DNA of 32,000 nucleotides from Candidatus Paracaedimonas acanthamoebae (GTDB lineage Bacteria; Pseudomonadota; Alphaproteobacteria; Caedimonadales; Caedimonadaceae): NCBI GenBank assembly GCA_000743035.1, contig CP008936.1, positions 450,001 to 482,000 of the forward strand, read 5' to 3'. Shown piece by piece: positions 18,281 to 28,800 of this stretch (position 1 is its first letter; each line of letters starts with the position of its first letter). The notes under the pieces were generated by a model. It saw only the letters and a program-made list of their open reading frames with translations, ran no database searches and was not told where the DNA came from. The position numbers and the translations under genes were made by a program.

Positions 18281-19717
18281 ATGGGAATAAATGCTATTAG
18301 TTTAACATATGACAACCTAGAGCCTATGTATAAAGAGGAAATTAAAGGTATTGCTCTTGCCTCTCTGAAGGATCAACTCCAAACATGGAAATCTATATTC
18401 CATACTCTTATGAATCACGAGGCGAGCATAAGAAATGAACTCAAACCCGAACGTATTCCATTGGTACGCTTACCTGCATATGTTGCGGAGGAGTATGAAA
18501 CAAAACTTAAACAATTTTATATATTTGTCAGACAATATTTGGAAACAGATGAGCAAAGTAAGTTATGGTTATCATTTTTTGAAGAAGATATGGCTGCTGT
18601 GAAGAATTTGTCCATGACACATGAGAGCTTTATATTCTCTACTTTTCGTCTCAGCATTTTAATGGATAGAAGATCAATTCTAGATAATACAATTGTAGAA
18701 CCAGAACTCAAAGAAATTATAACGAGTGGGAATTGGAATAGTATTCAATTTTATCATGACACTTTTGCGCCGAGAGTATTTCGTTTTCCAGACCCACCTA
18801 TGTCCCTTGTTGCTCCCATTTTCTTACAAGAAGGCGAAATTCCCATCCATAATTTCCTAGAAGCATTTTTATTGGAGGATTTTCCTTATGGCCTTGCAGC
18901 TATTCCTCTTGATCCAACGTATGTGCATGGGGGAACGATGGCTGCGCCTGGGTTATTTTATTCTCATGATTTATTACATTGGCCTGTATTTGTAAGATTA
19001 GTAAATAGACATCCAGATCGTTGGGTAAGACTTCGAAGGTCTTTGAGAGAGCTATATATCAGAAATTCTTCTCAAGACCCAGTATTGGATTATTTTATTT
19101 TTATGATACTTCATGAGGGTGCTCTTAATGATGAATATGGTCAAGGGAAGGAGACTAGAGATCTGGAGCAAGACATCCAATTTCTCATAGAGCAAATTTA
19201 TGAAGAGATGAAAAATAGATTTGATTATCACCGAAGTTTCTTGAAGAATTTCTTTCTAGCAAAGCTTCAAAACATACTCTCAAAACCATTTAAGTTATAT
19301 GCAGTTGATGAAATTGATGAACAACGCTTAGATGTAATTGATTATGAAAGAGTTACGCCTAACTGTTACTCTGCAAGAGCAGCTCTGATGGCACAAAATA
19401 AAAAAGTTATGGAAATAAATTGTACAATAACAGTAAAACCTACGGAAGATATCTTTTTTAGCTTATGCTCTATTAAGGACATAAGTGTATCCTTCATTGC
19501 TCCTGAAATGGTTGAACAAAAAGATGATATTTTACAGAAGTTGCTTGGTGAGGTTCTTATTAAGAATGCTCGCTATTTCTTTTATATTGATGTAAAAGAC
19601 CATTTGAAAGTTCTCCGTAAATTAACTGATTTTCCTTCTGCTCAAGATGCATGTCCAGCTTTTCTTCCCTGGGTTAGAGAGCAAGTTAAAAGGTTGATTT
19701 ATGAATATACCTCATAA
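18281..19717 (+). CDS. Hypothetical protein of unrecognised family (478 aa). It is a paralogue of 28973..30400.
   Basis: The ORF is long and uninterrupted, with its ATG at 18281 preceded by GGGGGCAAGG. It aligns end to end with ORF 28973..30400, which shows purifying selection. I recognise no family motif. Confidence 0.8.
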   Translation: MGINAISLTYDNLEPMYKEEIKGIALASLKDQLQTWKSIFHTLMNHEASIRNELKPERIPLVRLPAYVAEEYETKLKQFYIFVRQYLETDEQSKLWLSFFEEDMAAVKNLSMTHESFIFSTFRLSILMDRRSILDNTIVEPELKEIITSGNWNSIQFYHDTFAPRVFRFPDPPMSLVAPIFLQEGEIPIHNFLEAFLLEDFPYGLAAIPLDPTYVHGGTMAAPGLFYSHDLLHWPVFVRLVNRHPDRWVRLRRSLRELYIRNSSQDPVLDYFIFMILHEGALNDEYGQGKETRDLEQDIQFLIEQIYEEMKNRFDYHRSFLKNFFLAKLQNILSKPFKLYAVDEIDEQRLDVIDYERVTPNCYSARAALMAQNKKVMEINCTITVKPTEDIFFSLCSIKDISVSFIAPEMVEQKDDILQKLLGEVLIKNARYFFYIDVKDHLKVLRKLTDFPSAQDACPAFLPWVREQVKRLIYEYTS

Positions 19718-19768
19718 CATCAGCTAACAAATTAAGCTGCTATTAAATATACAAATGTAGATGTTGTT

Positions 19769-20518
19769 ATGAGGATGAGTAATTTCGTGTTTGAAAAAAG
19801 TTGTATTCTACCTTTATCTAATCTAAAAGAAGATCTAGAATATATATCTTTTTTTGCTATTGTTAATAGCCCCTTAGATCAGCTCGAAAAAGATTGTTGG
19901 CCCTGGCTTACTAATGAAGATAAAAAATATCTAAACAATTGTAGTGCAACAAGGAAGCAGAGTTTCTTGGCTGGAAGAAAGGCAGTTTACATAGCCTCAA
20001 AGATAACCAATGAAAATCCGGTTAGGCAGATACACTACGGCATATTAGGGTACCCTTTTGAGAGCACACACCAGAGACAAATAAGTATTGCACATGCGCA
20101 AGGAATAGGAGCTGCACTGCTATATCCTTATGACATAAAGATAGGCATTGATTTAGAATCTTATTCAGAACATTTAGAATCCCTCCCTATTCAAATTATT
20201 TTTAATAAGAGAGAGTTTGAGTTAATTCAATCGATCAATATATGCAAGGATACAATAGGAAAACTTATAGTATGGAGCTGCAAAGAGGCATTAAGCAAAG
20301 CATTACAATGTGGTTTAAGTATTTCCTTTGAAGCGTTAAGCATAGAAAGTATTATTTGCCTAGAGGATTCTATTTTTGAAATTAAATTTACACATTTTCA
20401 TGCTTTTAATTGTTATAGTTGGATTTCTGGCAATTTATGCTTATCAATAGCGTTACCAAATATTCTTACTTTTAAACATCTAACAATGCCATCTGATTTA
20501 CTTAAACAGTGCAAATGA
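19769..20518 (+). CDS. 4'-phosphopantetheinyl transferase, Sfp/EntD type.
   Basis: It has the PPTase motifs GIDLE (20144-20158) and WSCKEALSKA (20273-20302). At ~249 aa it has the size of the two-lobed Sfp type. It is located between the NRPS loci. The alternative start ATG at 19775 is equally possible. Confidence 0.8.
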   Translation: MRMSNFVFEKSCILPLSNLKEDLEYISFFAIVNSPLDQLEKDCWPWLTNEDKKYLNNCSATRKQSFLAGRKAVYIASKITNENPVRQIHYGILGYPFESTHQRQISIAHAQGIGAALLYPYDIKIGIDLESYSEHLESLPIQIIFNKREFELIQSINICKDTIGKLIVWSCKEALSKALQCGLSISFEALSIESIICLEDSIFEIKFTHFHAFNCYSWISGNLCLSIALPNILTFKHLTMPSDLLKQCK

Positions 20519-20628
20519 AGGTAATAGAGGCTTAATATTAAAATATTTTATAAGATGAGATCGTGGCTTTGATAAAAAGAGAAAAATAAAGTAAAGTTAG
20601 TTTTTATAGCTTAAGAAAGAGAACTCCA

Positions 20629-20901
20629 ATGTCTTTAAACCTAGTTTCTGAGGTATTAAATATCATTAATGAAGGTTGGGCCGTAAATGAAGCGGGACAT
20701 TTATATAGAGAGTATAAGTTCCGCGATTTTAGAGACGCAATGAACTTTGCTAATGCAATAGCTACTATTGCTGAAAGTATATTACATCACCCTTTATTAA
20801 CTATCACATGGGGGTTATGTAGGGTAGAACTATGGACTCATGATGCTGATAAGCTTACAGAAAAGGATTTTCTTCTTGCTGAGAAAATTGAGACTATATA
20901 A
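20629..20901 (+). CDS. phhB: Pterin-4-alpha-carbinolamine dehydratase (PCD/DCoH family, COG2154).
   Basis: The 90-aa protein has the family pattern: F.DF..A..F.N.IA..AE...HHP, then a beta-strand segment, then W.THD....LTEKDF.LA..I. Confidence 0.8.
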   Translation: MSLNLVSEVLNIINEGWAVNEAGHLYREYKFRDFRDAMNFANAIATIAESILHHPLLTITWGLCRVELWTHDADKLTEKDFLLAEKIETI

Positions 20902-21560
20902 TGAGTATTCAAGATAAAGTTTACGTTACTCTCTGTACACTATTCTCTGTTGTTATTGTTACGGGGAACTTAGTTTATCAGAAGTTTGTTTCTCTTCCTT
21001 TGCTCCCTTTTCATACTTTTGAATTATCAGCAGGTGCTATTCTCTATCCATTTACCTTCTTGCTAACAGACCTTATTACTGAATTCCAAGGTAAAGAGAG
21101 AGCTAATTTTTGTGTTAGTTTAGGAATTGGTATGAATATTATTGTTGTTTTTCTGATTACTATTATCGATTACCTAAGCGCTACTTCATGGTCTAAAGTT
21201 GATAGTATCACGTTTCACAATGTATTTGGGATGTTTGGAGTCTCCTTTTTAGGCTCTATTATTGCCTGCTATACAGCACAAAAAATTGATATTATTATTT
21301 ATACTTGGATCCGTGAAAAAACTAAAGGACAATTTCTTTGGGTACGAAGCATTGGAAGTACTGCAATTTCATTATTCATTGATACTTCTATTGTTAACAT
21401 ATTCTTGTCAGTAAATGGTATTCTCCCTTTTGAGCGTTTGGGATGGATTATTTTCAATAGTTATCTATATAAGTTATTTTTTACAGTCTGGAGTATACCA
21501 CTCTTCTATATTAGTGTTAATACGATTAAGCGTTTGACAAGAGTGCCTCTAAAAATATGA
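20901..21560 (+). CDS. yhhQ: Queuosine-precursor (preQ0/queuine) transporter, YhhQ / VUT (DUF165) family.
   Basis: The 219-aa polytopic membrane protein carries the characteristic LYPFTFLLTDLITEFQGKERA segment near TM2. Its start overlaps the stop of the previous gene (TAATG at 20899-20903). Confidence 0.75.
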   Translation: MSIQDKVYVTLCTLFSVVIVTGNLVYQKFVSLPLLPFHTFELSAGAILYPFTFLLTDLITEFQGKERANFCVSLGIGMNIIVVFLITIIDYLSATSWSKVDSITFHNVFGMFGVSFLGSIIACYTAQKIDIIIYTWIREKTKGQFLWVRSIGSTAISLFIDTSIVNIFLSVNGILPFERLGWIIFNSYLYKLFFTVWSIPLFYISVNTIKRLTRVPLKI

Positions 21561-21648
21561 GTTATTTTGTTAAACAATTTTATTGAGAAAACAATTTTAA
21601 GACATTAAATTGTATATATAAATATTATTTAGGATTATAGGGGAGATA

Positions 21649-22485
21649 ATGTTATTTAAAGGCAAAAAAGTATTAATCTGGTGTGTAGGTTTATTAATCA
21701 CCGCTTGCGAACAAAAGTACGTTAAGCAAATTGAGCCAATCCAATCTTTTAGTTCAATAGATTTTAGTTCTATAAAACCTGAAAGTTTAGTCATATTTGA
21801 TGTTGACGAAACTCTTATTCAACCTGAAGATACTTTCTTAATTAATGAACATACCCCTCAAGGGAAAGATTTTATACAAAAATTAATACAAACTTATCCT
21901 ATTATGAAGTCTGATAACCATATTGCTAGTATCATGCTTCAAGAAGCACAAAGGCCATTGCTTGAACCGAGTGTGATCCATCATATAAATAAGCTTAAAA
22001 ATAGAGGTGTGTTTGTCATTGCATGCACAGCAATGAATACAGGGCCTTATGGCATTCACAGCAGTCTTGAAGAATGGCGCTATAATCATCTTAAATTCCT
22101 TGGCTTTGAGGGGACATTCAGCAACACCTTGTTTCCAATATCTTATTTAGAACGTAAGCCTATTTTTTATAAAGGCCTATTAGCTACAGATTTGCAATCC
22201 AAGGGGCCAATCGTTGGTAAATTTATTGATGTTATGAAATTGAAGCTAAAAGATATTATTATGATTGATGATGATAACGATTGCCTTTTATCTGTTAAAA
22301 ACGAGTGTGAAAAGAGAGGTATAAATTTCAAGGGTTATGAATACAAAGGTTCTAAAACTGTGCCATGGGATGAAGATCTTGTCCAGTTCCAATCAGATTA
22401 CTTAATTAAGCATAAAAAGTGGTTGAGCGATAAAGTCGCCAAGGCTCTCATGGTTAATAAAGTATACAAACCGTTAGGAGCTTAA
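21649..22485 (+). CDS. HAD-superfamily phosphatase-like lipoprotein, possibly DUF2608-like.
   Basis: The signal peptide has a lipobox (LLITAC, Cys at about residue 20). HAD motif I is FDVDET (DxDxT) and motif IV is IDDDND. The DUF2608 assignment is from memory only. Confidence 0.65.
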   Translation: MLFKGKKVLIWCVGLLITACEQKYVKQIEPIQSFSSIDFSSIKPESLVIFDVDETLIQPEDTFLINEHTPQGKDFIQKLIQTYPIMKSDNHIASIMLQEAQRPLLEPSVIHHINKLKNRGVFVIACTAMNTGPYGIHSSLEEWRYNHLKFLGFEGTFSNTLFPISYLERKPIFYKGLLATDLQSKGPIVGKFIDVMKLKLKDIIMIDDDNDCLLSVKNECEKRGINFKGYEYKGSKTVPWDEDLVQFQSDYLIKHKKWLSDKVAKALMVNKVYKPLGA

Positions 22486-22630
22486 GAAAAACACAGTTTG
22501 TGTAGAGCATCCTTATTAGTGTAGCAAGACCAGAATTAAGAAAATTTAATATTCAAATTTCAAATTAAGTAACAAATAATTAATTGTCAGATTCAGGCAC
22601 ATCTTGAATATAAATTTTATTTATTTTCAT

Positions 22631-22659
22631 TTGACTATGATTTGGCAAGGACATGTAAT
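22631..22659 (+). promoter_or_regulatory. Candidate sigma70-type promoter for the second NRPS.
   Basis: TTGACT (22631-22636), a 17-nt spacer, then TGTAAT (22654-22659). This would give a leader of about 210 nt. In AT-rich DNA such matches arise by chance. Confidence 0.3.
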
Positions 22660-22875
22660 GTTAGCGGTTTTTTAACTTGGCAACAGTTCATAATTAAGAT
22701 AACTTGGTGAGACTTATTTATTATGCTGCATGAAAAATTTCATGATAGTTTTTTTTTATATATCTTTTTTTAAATAAGAGAAGCTACTAACACTAACCTT
22801 ATTTAAATTGGAAGATATTTGAATTTTAATTAAATAAAATATTGTAAGATATTTCTTGGTGAGAGTCACATATAC

Positions 22876-25800
22876 ATGAAAGCGCTTTCTAAAATCACCC
22901 CACAATCCCTTCGCAATCAAACGACAAAAGAATATCCAAAAGATAAAACGATTCATCAACTGTTTGAAGAGCAGGTTGAAAAGACCCCAGATAACGTGGC
23001 TGTGATCTTTGAAAACCAGCAAATTACCTACAAAGAATTGAACGATAAAGCGAACCAGTTGGCGCATTGTCTTAGAGAAAAGGATGTGAAGCCTGATACG
23101 TTTGTAGCCATTGCAATTGAGAGATCCCTCGAGATGATTATAGGGATTCTGGGTATCCTAAAAGCAGGGGGAGCGTATGTTCCCCTTGACCCAACTCATC
23201 CTCAAGAAAGAATACAGTTTATGTTGGAGGATACTAAGGCTCCTATTCTTCTTACCCAAATACATCTTAATGAGAATTTTAAAGGCTATTCAGGAACTAT
23301 CATGAACCTTAGCTTGCAAAATGAAAATGAGGAATTGTGCATAGAGGAGTGTTTCCCAAATACAAAGAACACCCAAAGGATAAGCTTCCCTGTAGAAGCT
23401 TCTCAAAACTTAGAAACTTCTACAACTCCTCATAACCTTGCTTATGTTATCTATACTTCTGGTTCCACAGGTAAACCTAAAGGCGTATTAGGAGAGCATG
23501 CGCCTATGATTAATCGATTCTCATGGATGTGGTGTGCTTATCCATTTGGAAGTAATGAATTAGGTTTCGCAAAAACTTCCTTAACTTTTATTGACTCGGT
23601 ATGGGAAATTTTTGGTTTCATCCTAAAAGGTATACCCATTGTTATGGTTAGTGATATTACAGCTAAAGATCCTTCACAAATTGTAACGATAATTGTCTCT
23701 CAAAAAGTTACCAGGATAGTTGTAGTGCCCTCACTTCTTTCTATTTTGTTAGATATTTGGGAAAATGTAGGTAACATTCCGAATAGTTTAGCTTTTATTA
23801 CTTCTAGTGGAGAAAAATTACCAGAAACTTTAATTAAAAGATTTTTGCAATTCAGGTCAAGAACAGTACTTCTTAATTTATATGGCTCTTCTGAAGTAGC
23901 GGCTGATGTTACATGCAATACAATAACCTCAAAAAATGAAGAAGAATCATTATTCAGTATAGGCAAACCAATTGCTAATACTGATGCTTATATTTTAGAT
24001 CAACATCTAAATCCTGTACCTATAGGGGTAACAGGTGAACTGTATATCGGAGGAGCTGGTCTTGCTCGAGGTTATCTAAATCGGCCGGAGCTTACAGTAG
24101 AACGATTCATCCCAAACCCCTTCAGTGAAGGCAGATTATATAAAACTGGAGACCTAGCTCGTTATCTTCCTAATGGCAATATTGAATGTATAGGAAGAAC
24201 TGACTTTCAAGTTAAGCTTCGTGGCTTCAGGATCGAGCTTGGAGAGATTGAAGCTGCTTTACAAAGCGAACCACGTATTAACCAAGCAGTTGTAATATTG
24301 CGTGAAGACGAGCCAGGTAATAAGTACTTGGCGGCATATATAGTTCCTAGAGTCGCAATTACTGAAAGCAATGATAATGATAAAGAACGCCTGGAGCGAG
24401 AATTTATTGTTGCAGTAAGAGCATATCTCACAAGTAAGTTACCGGAATATATGGTTCCTACTACCTTCACAATTATGGACAAGTTACCGCTTAACACAAA
24501 TGGTAAAATTGATCGCAGAGCACTACCAAAACCTGAATTGAAAGGATTAGTGGAAGGTTATATAGCTCCACGCAACGCAACTGAAGAGCAGCTGGCTCTT
24601 CTTTTTTCTGAGGTGCTTGGGATAGAAAAAGTAGGCATAATGGATAATTTCTTCCTCTTAGGTGGAAACTCCTTACTTGCTACGAAGCTAATGAATGCTC
24701 TTAAAATTAAGCTACAAGTAGAATTAGCATTAAAAGCCTTATTTGAGACTCCTACTATAGAAGGATTAGCCAAGCTAATAGAGGAAAAATTACAGCAAGA
24801 GCGCGCGTTATTAAGGCCTATGCTAAGAATAATGCCACGACCAGAGCATATTCCACTTTCGTTTGCTCAGCAGCGGTTATTTTTTCTAGATAAGCTTATC
24901 CCAAATTCGTCTATGTATAATGTTTGCCAGGCTCTGATATTGGAGGGCAAATTTAGTATACCAGCTTTAAATCAAGCTTTTCAAATTATCATCAATCGCC
25001 ATGAATCCTTGCGTACTATTTTTAGAGAAAAGGAAGGAGAGGCTTATCAGTATATCGCTGATAAGGTTGAGTTTGAGTTAGATTATGAGGACCTTAGTGG
25101 AGTAGAGGGTATACAAAAAGAAAATGCAGTAAACCTCTTGATTCATACAGAAGAATTGACTCCATTTAATCTTAATCAAGGACCTTTACTAAGAGCCAAG
25201 ATAATTAAGGTGAATACTAATGAGCATATATTATTGCTAAGTATGCATCATATAATATCTGATGGTTGGTCGATGAACGTTCTAAGTCAAGAACTTACAA
25301 ATTATTATAATACTATTGTAGCAGGCAACAAAGTAAACACAACATCATTACCTTATCAGTATGTTGACTTTGCTATTTGGGAAAGAGAATGGTTGCAAGG
25401 AGAAGTGTTGGGTGAGCAGCTAGACTACTGGAGCCAGGAACTACAAGAGATACCAGATTTAATAGAACTACCATTAGATAAACCGAGAACCACGCAAAGA
25501 ACTTATCTAGGAGGGGCTTATACTTATGAATTGCCAGAGGAAGTACTTGCTGGATTAAAAGACTTATGCCAAGAACAGAACGTTACTATATTCATGTTAA
25601 TGTTGAGTATTTTCCAAACATTATTACATAGGTATACTAGCCAAGAAACTATAGTAGTAGGTGTTCCTATAGCCAATAGGCATATTCCAGGGGTAGAGAG
25701 TCTAATAGGGTTCTTCGTTAACACTCTAGCAATTAGGATGGACAGTATAAATGATCCCAAATTTACTGACATTCTAAAGCAAATTAAGCAACGTATATTA

Positions 25801-28800
25801 GCAGCTCATGACCATCAAGACTTACCATTCGAACAATTAGTAGATGCACTGAAAATAGATAAAAGGTTAGATAGACAGCCCGTGTTTCAAGTAATGTTTG
25901 TAATGGATCAGTGGCAAGAAGAACTTAAGCTTACTGGTGTTAAGACAAGATTGCTGCCTATAATGGAAGATAGAACAGCAAAGTTTGATTTAACATTAAC
26001 TGTTACAGATAATGGGCAGTGCTTAAGTTTGACTTTTGAGTATGCTAAAGATCTGTTTAATGCTGATACTATCCAAAGACTAGCCCAACATTTTATCGTA
26101 TTAACCACAGGAATCTTAGCTAACCCTAAAGCAAAGGTTGCAGCTTTGCCTTTGTTAACTGATGAAGAAAAAGAACAACAATTAGTTACTTGGAATCAAA
26201 CGACAAAAGAATATCCAAAAGATAAAACGATTCATCAACTGTTTGAAGAGCAGGTTGAAAAGACCCCAGATAACGTGGCTGTGATCTTTGAAAACCAGCA
26301 AATTACCTACAAAGAATTGAACGATAAAGCGAACCAGTTGGCGCATTGTCTTAGAGAAAAGGATGTGAAGCCTGATACGTTTGTAGCCATTGCAATTGAG
26401 AGATCCCTCGAGATGATTATAGGGATTCTGGGTATCCTAAAAGCAGGGGGAGCGTATGTTCCCCTTGACCCAACTCATCCTCAAGAAAGAATACAGTTTA
26501 TGTTGGAGGATACTAAGGCTCCTATTCTTCTTACCCAAATACATCTTAATGAGAATTTTAAAGGCTATTCAGGAACTATCATGAACCTTAGCTTGCAAAA
26601 TGAAAATGAGGAATTGTGCATAGAGGAGTGTTTCCCAAATACAAAGAACACCCAAAGGATAAGCTTCCCTGTAGAAGCTTCTCAAAACTTAGAAACTTCT
26701 ACAACTCCTCATAACCTTGCTTATGTTATCTATACTTCTGGTTCCACAGGTAAACCTAAAGGCGTATTAGGAGAGCATGCGCCTATGATTAATCGATTCT
26801 CATGGATGTGGTGTGCTTATCCATTTGGAAGTAATGAATTAGGTTTCGCAAAAACTTCCTTAACTTTTATTGACTCGGTATGGGAAATTTTTGGTTTCAT
26901 CCTAAAAGGTATACCCATTGTTATGGTTAGTGATATTACAGCTAAAGATCCTTCACAAATTGTAACGATAATTGTCTCTCAAAAAGTTACCAGGATAGTT
27001 GTAGTGCCCTCACTTCTTTCTATTTTGTTAGATATTTGGGAAAATGTAGGTAACATTCCGAATAGTTTAGCTTTTATTACTTCTAGTGGAGAAAAATTAC
27101 CAGAAACTTTAATTAAAAGATTTTTGCAATTCAGGTCAAGAACAGTACTTCTTAATTTATATGGCTCTTCTGAAGTAGCGGCTGATGTTACATGCAATAC
27201 AATAACCTCAAAAAATGAAGAAGAATCATTATTCAGTATAGGCAAACCAATTGCTAATACTGATGCTTATATTTTAGATCAACATCTAAATCCTGTACCT
27301 ATAGGGGTAACAGGTGAACTGTATATCGGAGGAGCTGGTCTTGCTCGAGGTTATCTAAATCGGCCGGAGCTTACAGTAGAACGATTCATCCCAAACCCCT
27401 TCAGTGAAGGCAGATTATATAAAACTGGAGACCTAGCTCGTTATCTTCCTAATGGCAATATTGAATGTATAGGAAGAACTGACTTTCAAGTTAAGCTTCG
27501 TGGCTTCAGGATCGAGCTTGGAGAGATTGAATCAACTCTTAATACTCATGGAGAGGTCGCTCAAAATGTTATCATAGCCCGAGAAGATGAATCAGAGGAT
27601 AAAAAACTTGTCGCTTATGTCGTCCCGCAATTAGATAAACTAGAACCCTTCTTGCCACGAACCACCCTTGTTTCTTCCTCAGGAAGCTCTTTCTCTGTAT
27701 TAATTGGAGAAATAAGTGCAGTCCTAACAGAAAGTCTTAGAGATCATCTTGCTCGCTCTCTACCTGATTATATGGTCCCCGCTTTTTTTATCTATCTTGA
27801 TAAAATCCCTCTCAACTCTACTGGTAAGATCGACCATAAATCTCTTCCTGCCCCTGATCGTTCTCTCAGACAAGTAGTAGATGGCTACATTGCTCCTCGA
27901 ACACCTTTGGAATTAGAGCTTGCTAAAATTTGGTCAGAAATATTAAAGCTGCCGAAAATTAGTATTCTCGATAATTTCTTTAAGATAGGGGGGCACTCCT
28001 TGTTAGCTTTAAGGCTCCTCCCGCGAATAAATAACTTATTAAACAAAAAAATAAATATGTTAGATATTTTTAAAAATCCCACTATTAGTTTATTATCGAA
28101 ATTAGCTGAGTCGGATTTCGTTAACATATCGGAATCGCCAGTGATCTGTATTCAAGAAGGAAGTAAGCGCCCCCCTTTATTTTTGATACACCCTGCCGGG
28201 GGATCTTCATACGCTTATTTAGGTCTGACACAATATATAAAAGATTATACTATTTATGGTATAAATAATCCCAATTTTGAAAATCCAATTTTTGAATTTA
28301 GAAAAATTGAAGAAATAGCCTTGCATTATATAAATCTTATTAAAACTATACAAAAAGAAGGGCCTTATTGCATTGGTGGATGGTCTTCCGGTGGCACAAT
28401 AGCATATGAGATAGCTCAGCAGTTATCTTTGGAAAACCAAGAAGTAAAATCACTGATATTAATTGATAGCTCAAACTCTATCTCTGATTCGGAGCAACAA
28501 GAGGATGAATTCGTCGTCGGTGCTGTTGACGAAAAGTTGAAAGAGCTAGTATTAAAAAATCAATATGAATCATCTAGGTTAGTAAAAAATTATAAACCTA
28601 AAAAACTTTATATGAAAAATGATGTTTTCTTAATAAGAACAAAGGATGAACCATTAGAAAATCATTCCAACCAACATGGTTGGAAAAATTTTATAGAAAA
28701 AATTATCACCGTAGATACTCCTGGTAGGCATACAGACCTATTTGAACCCCAGCATATAAAATCTACAGCGGAATCTATAAAAAAGTGTCTTGAATATCTT

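Noticed and set aside
21597-21794. Minus-strand 65-aa ORF overlapping the start of the lipoprotein gene.
   Set aside because: It is a low-complexity AT-rich translation that overlaps a better supported + strand gene carrying a signal peptide and lipobox.
22756-23067. Minus-strand 103-aa ORF spanning the NRPS2 start region.
   Set aside because: Half of it is antisense to the A-domain N-terminus, and the rest is AT-rich intergenic sequence. It has no motifs and no RBS.
631-27531. The repeats as a CRISPR array or other non-coding repeat system.
   Set aside because: The repeat units are 0.26-2.7 kb, protein coding and in frame with NRPS domains. They are not short and regularly spaced, and no cas genes are present.
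23700-28127. Antisense ORFs inside the second NRPS, for example 23700..23966 and 26979..27245 (identical), 24207..24497 and 27885..28127.
   Set aside because: The reasoning is the same. They are shadows of a strongly supported sense frame, and their identity reflects repeat R2.
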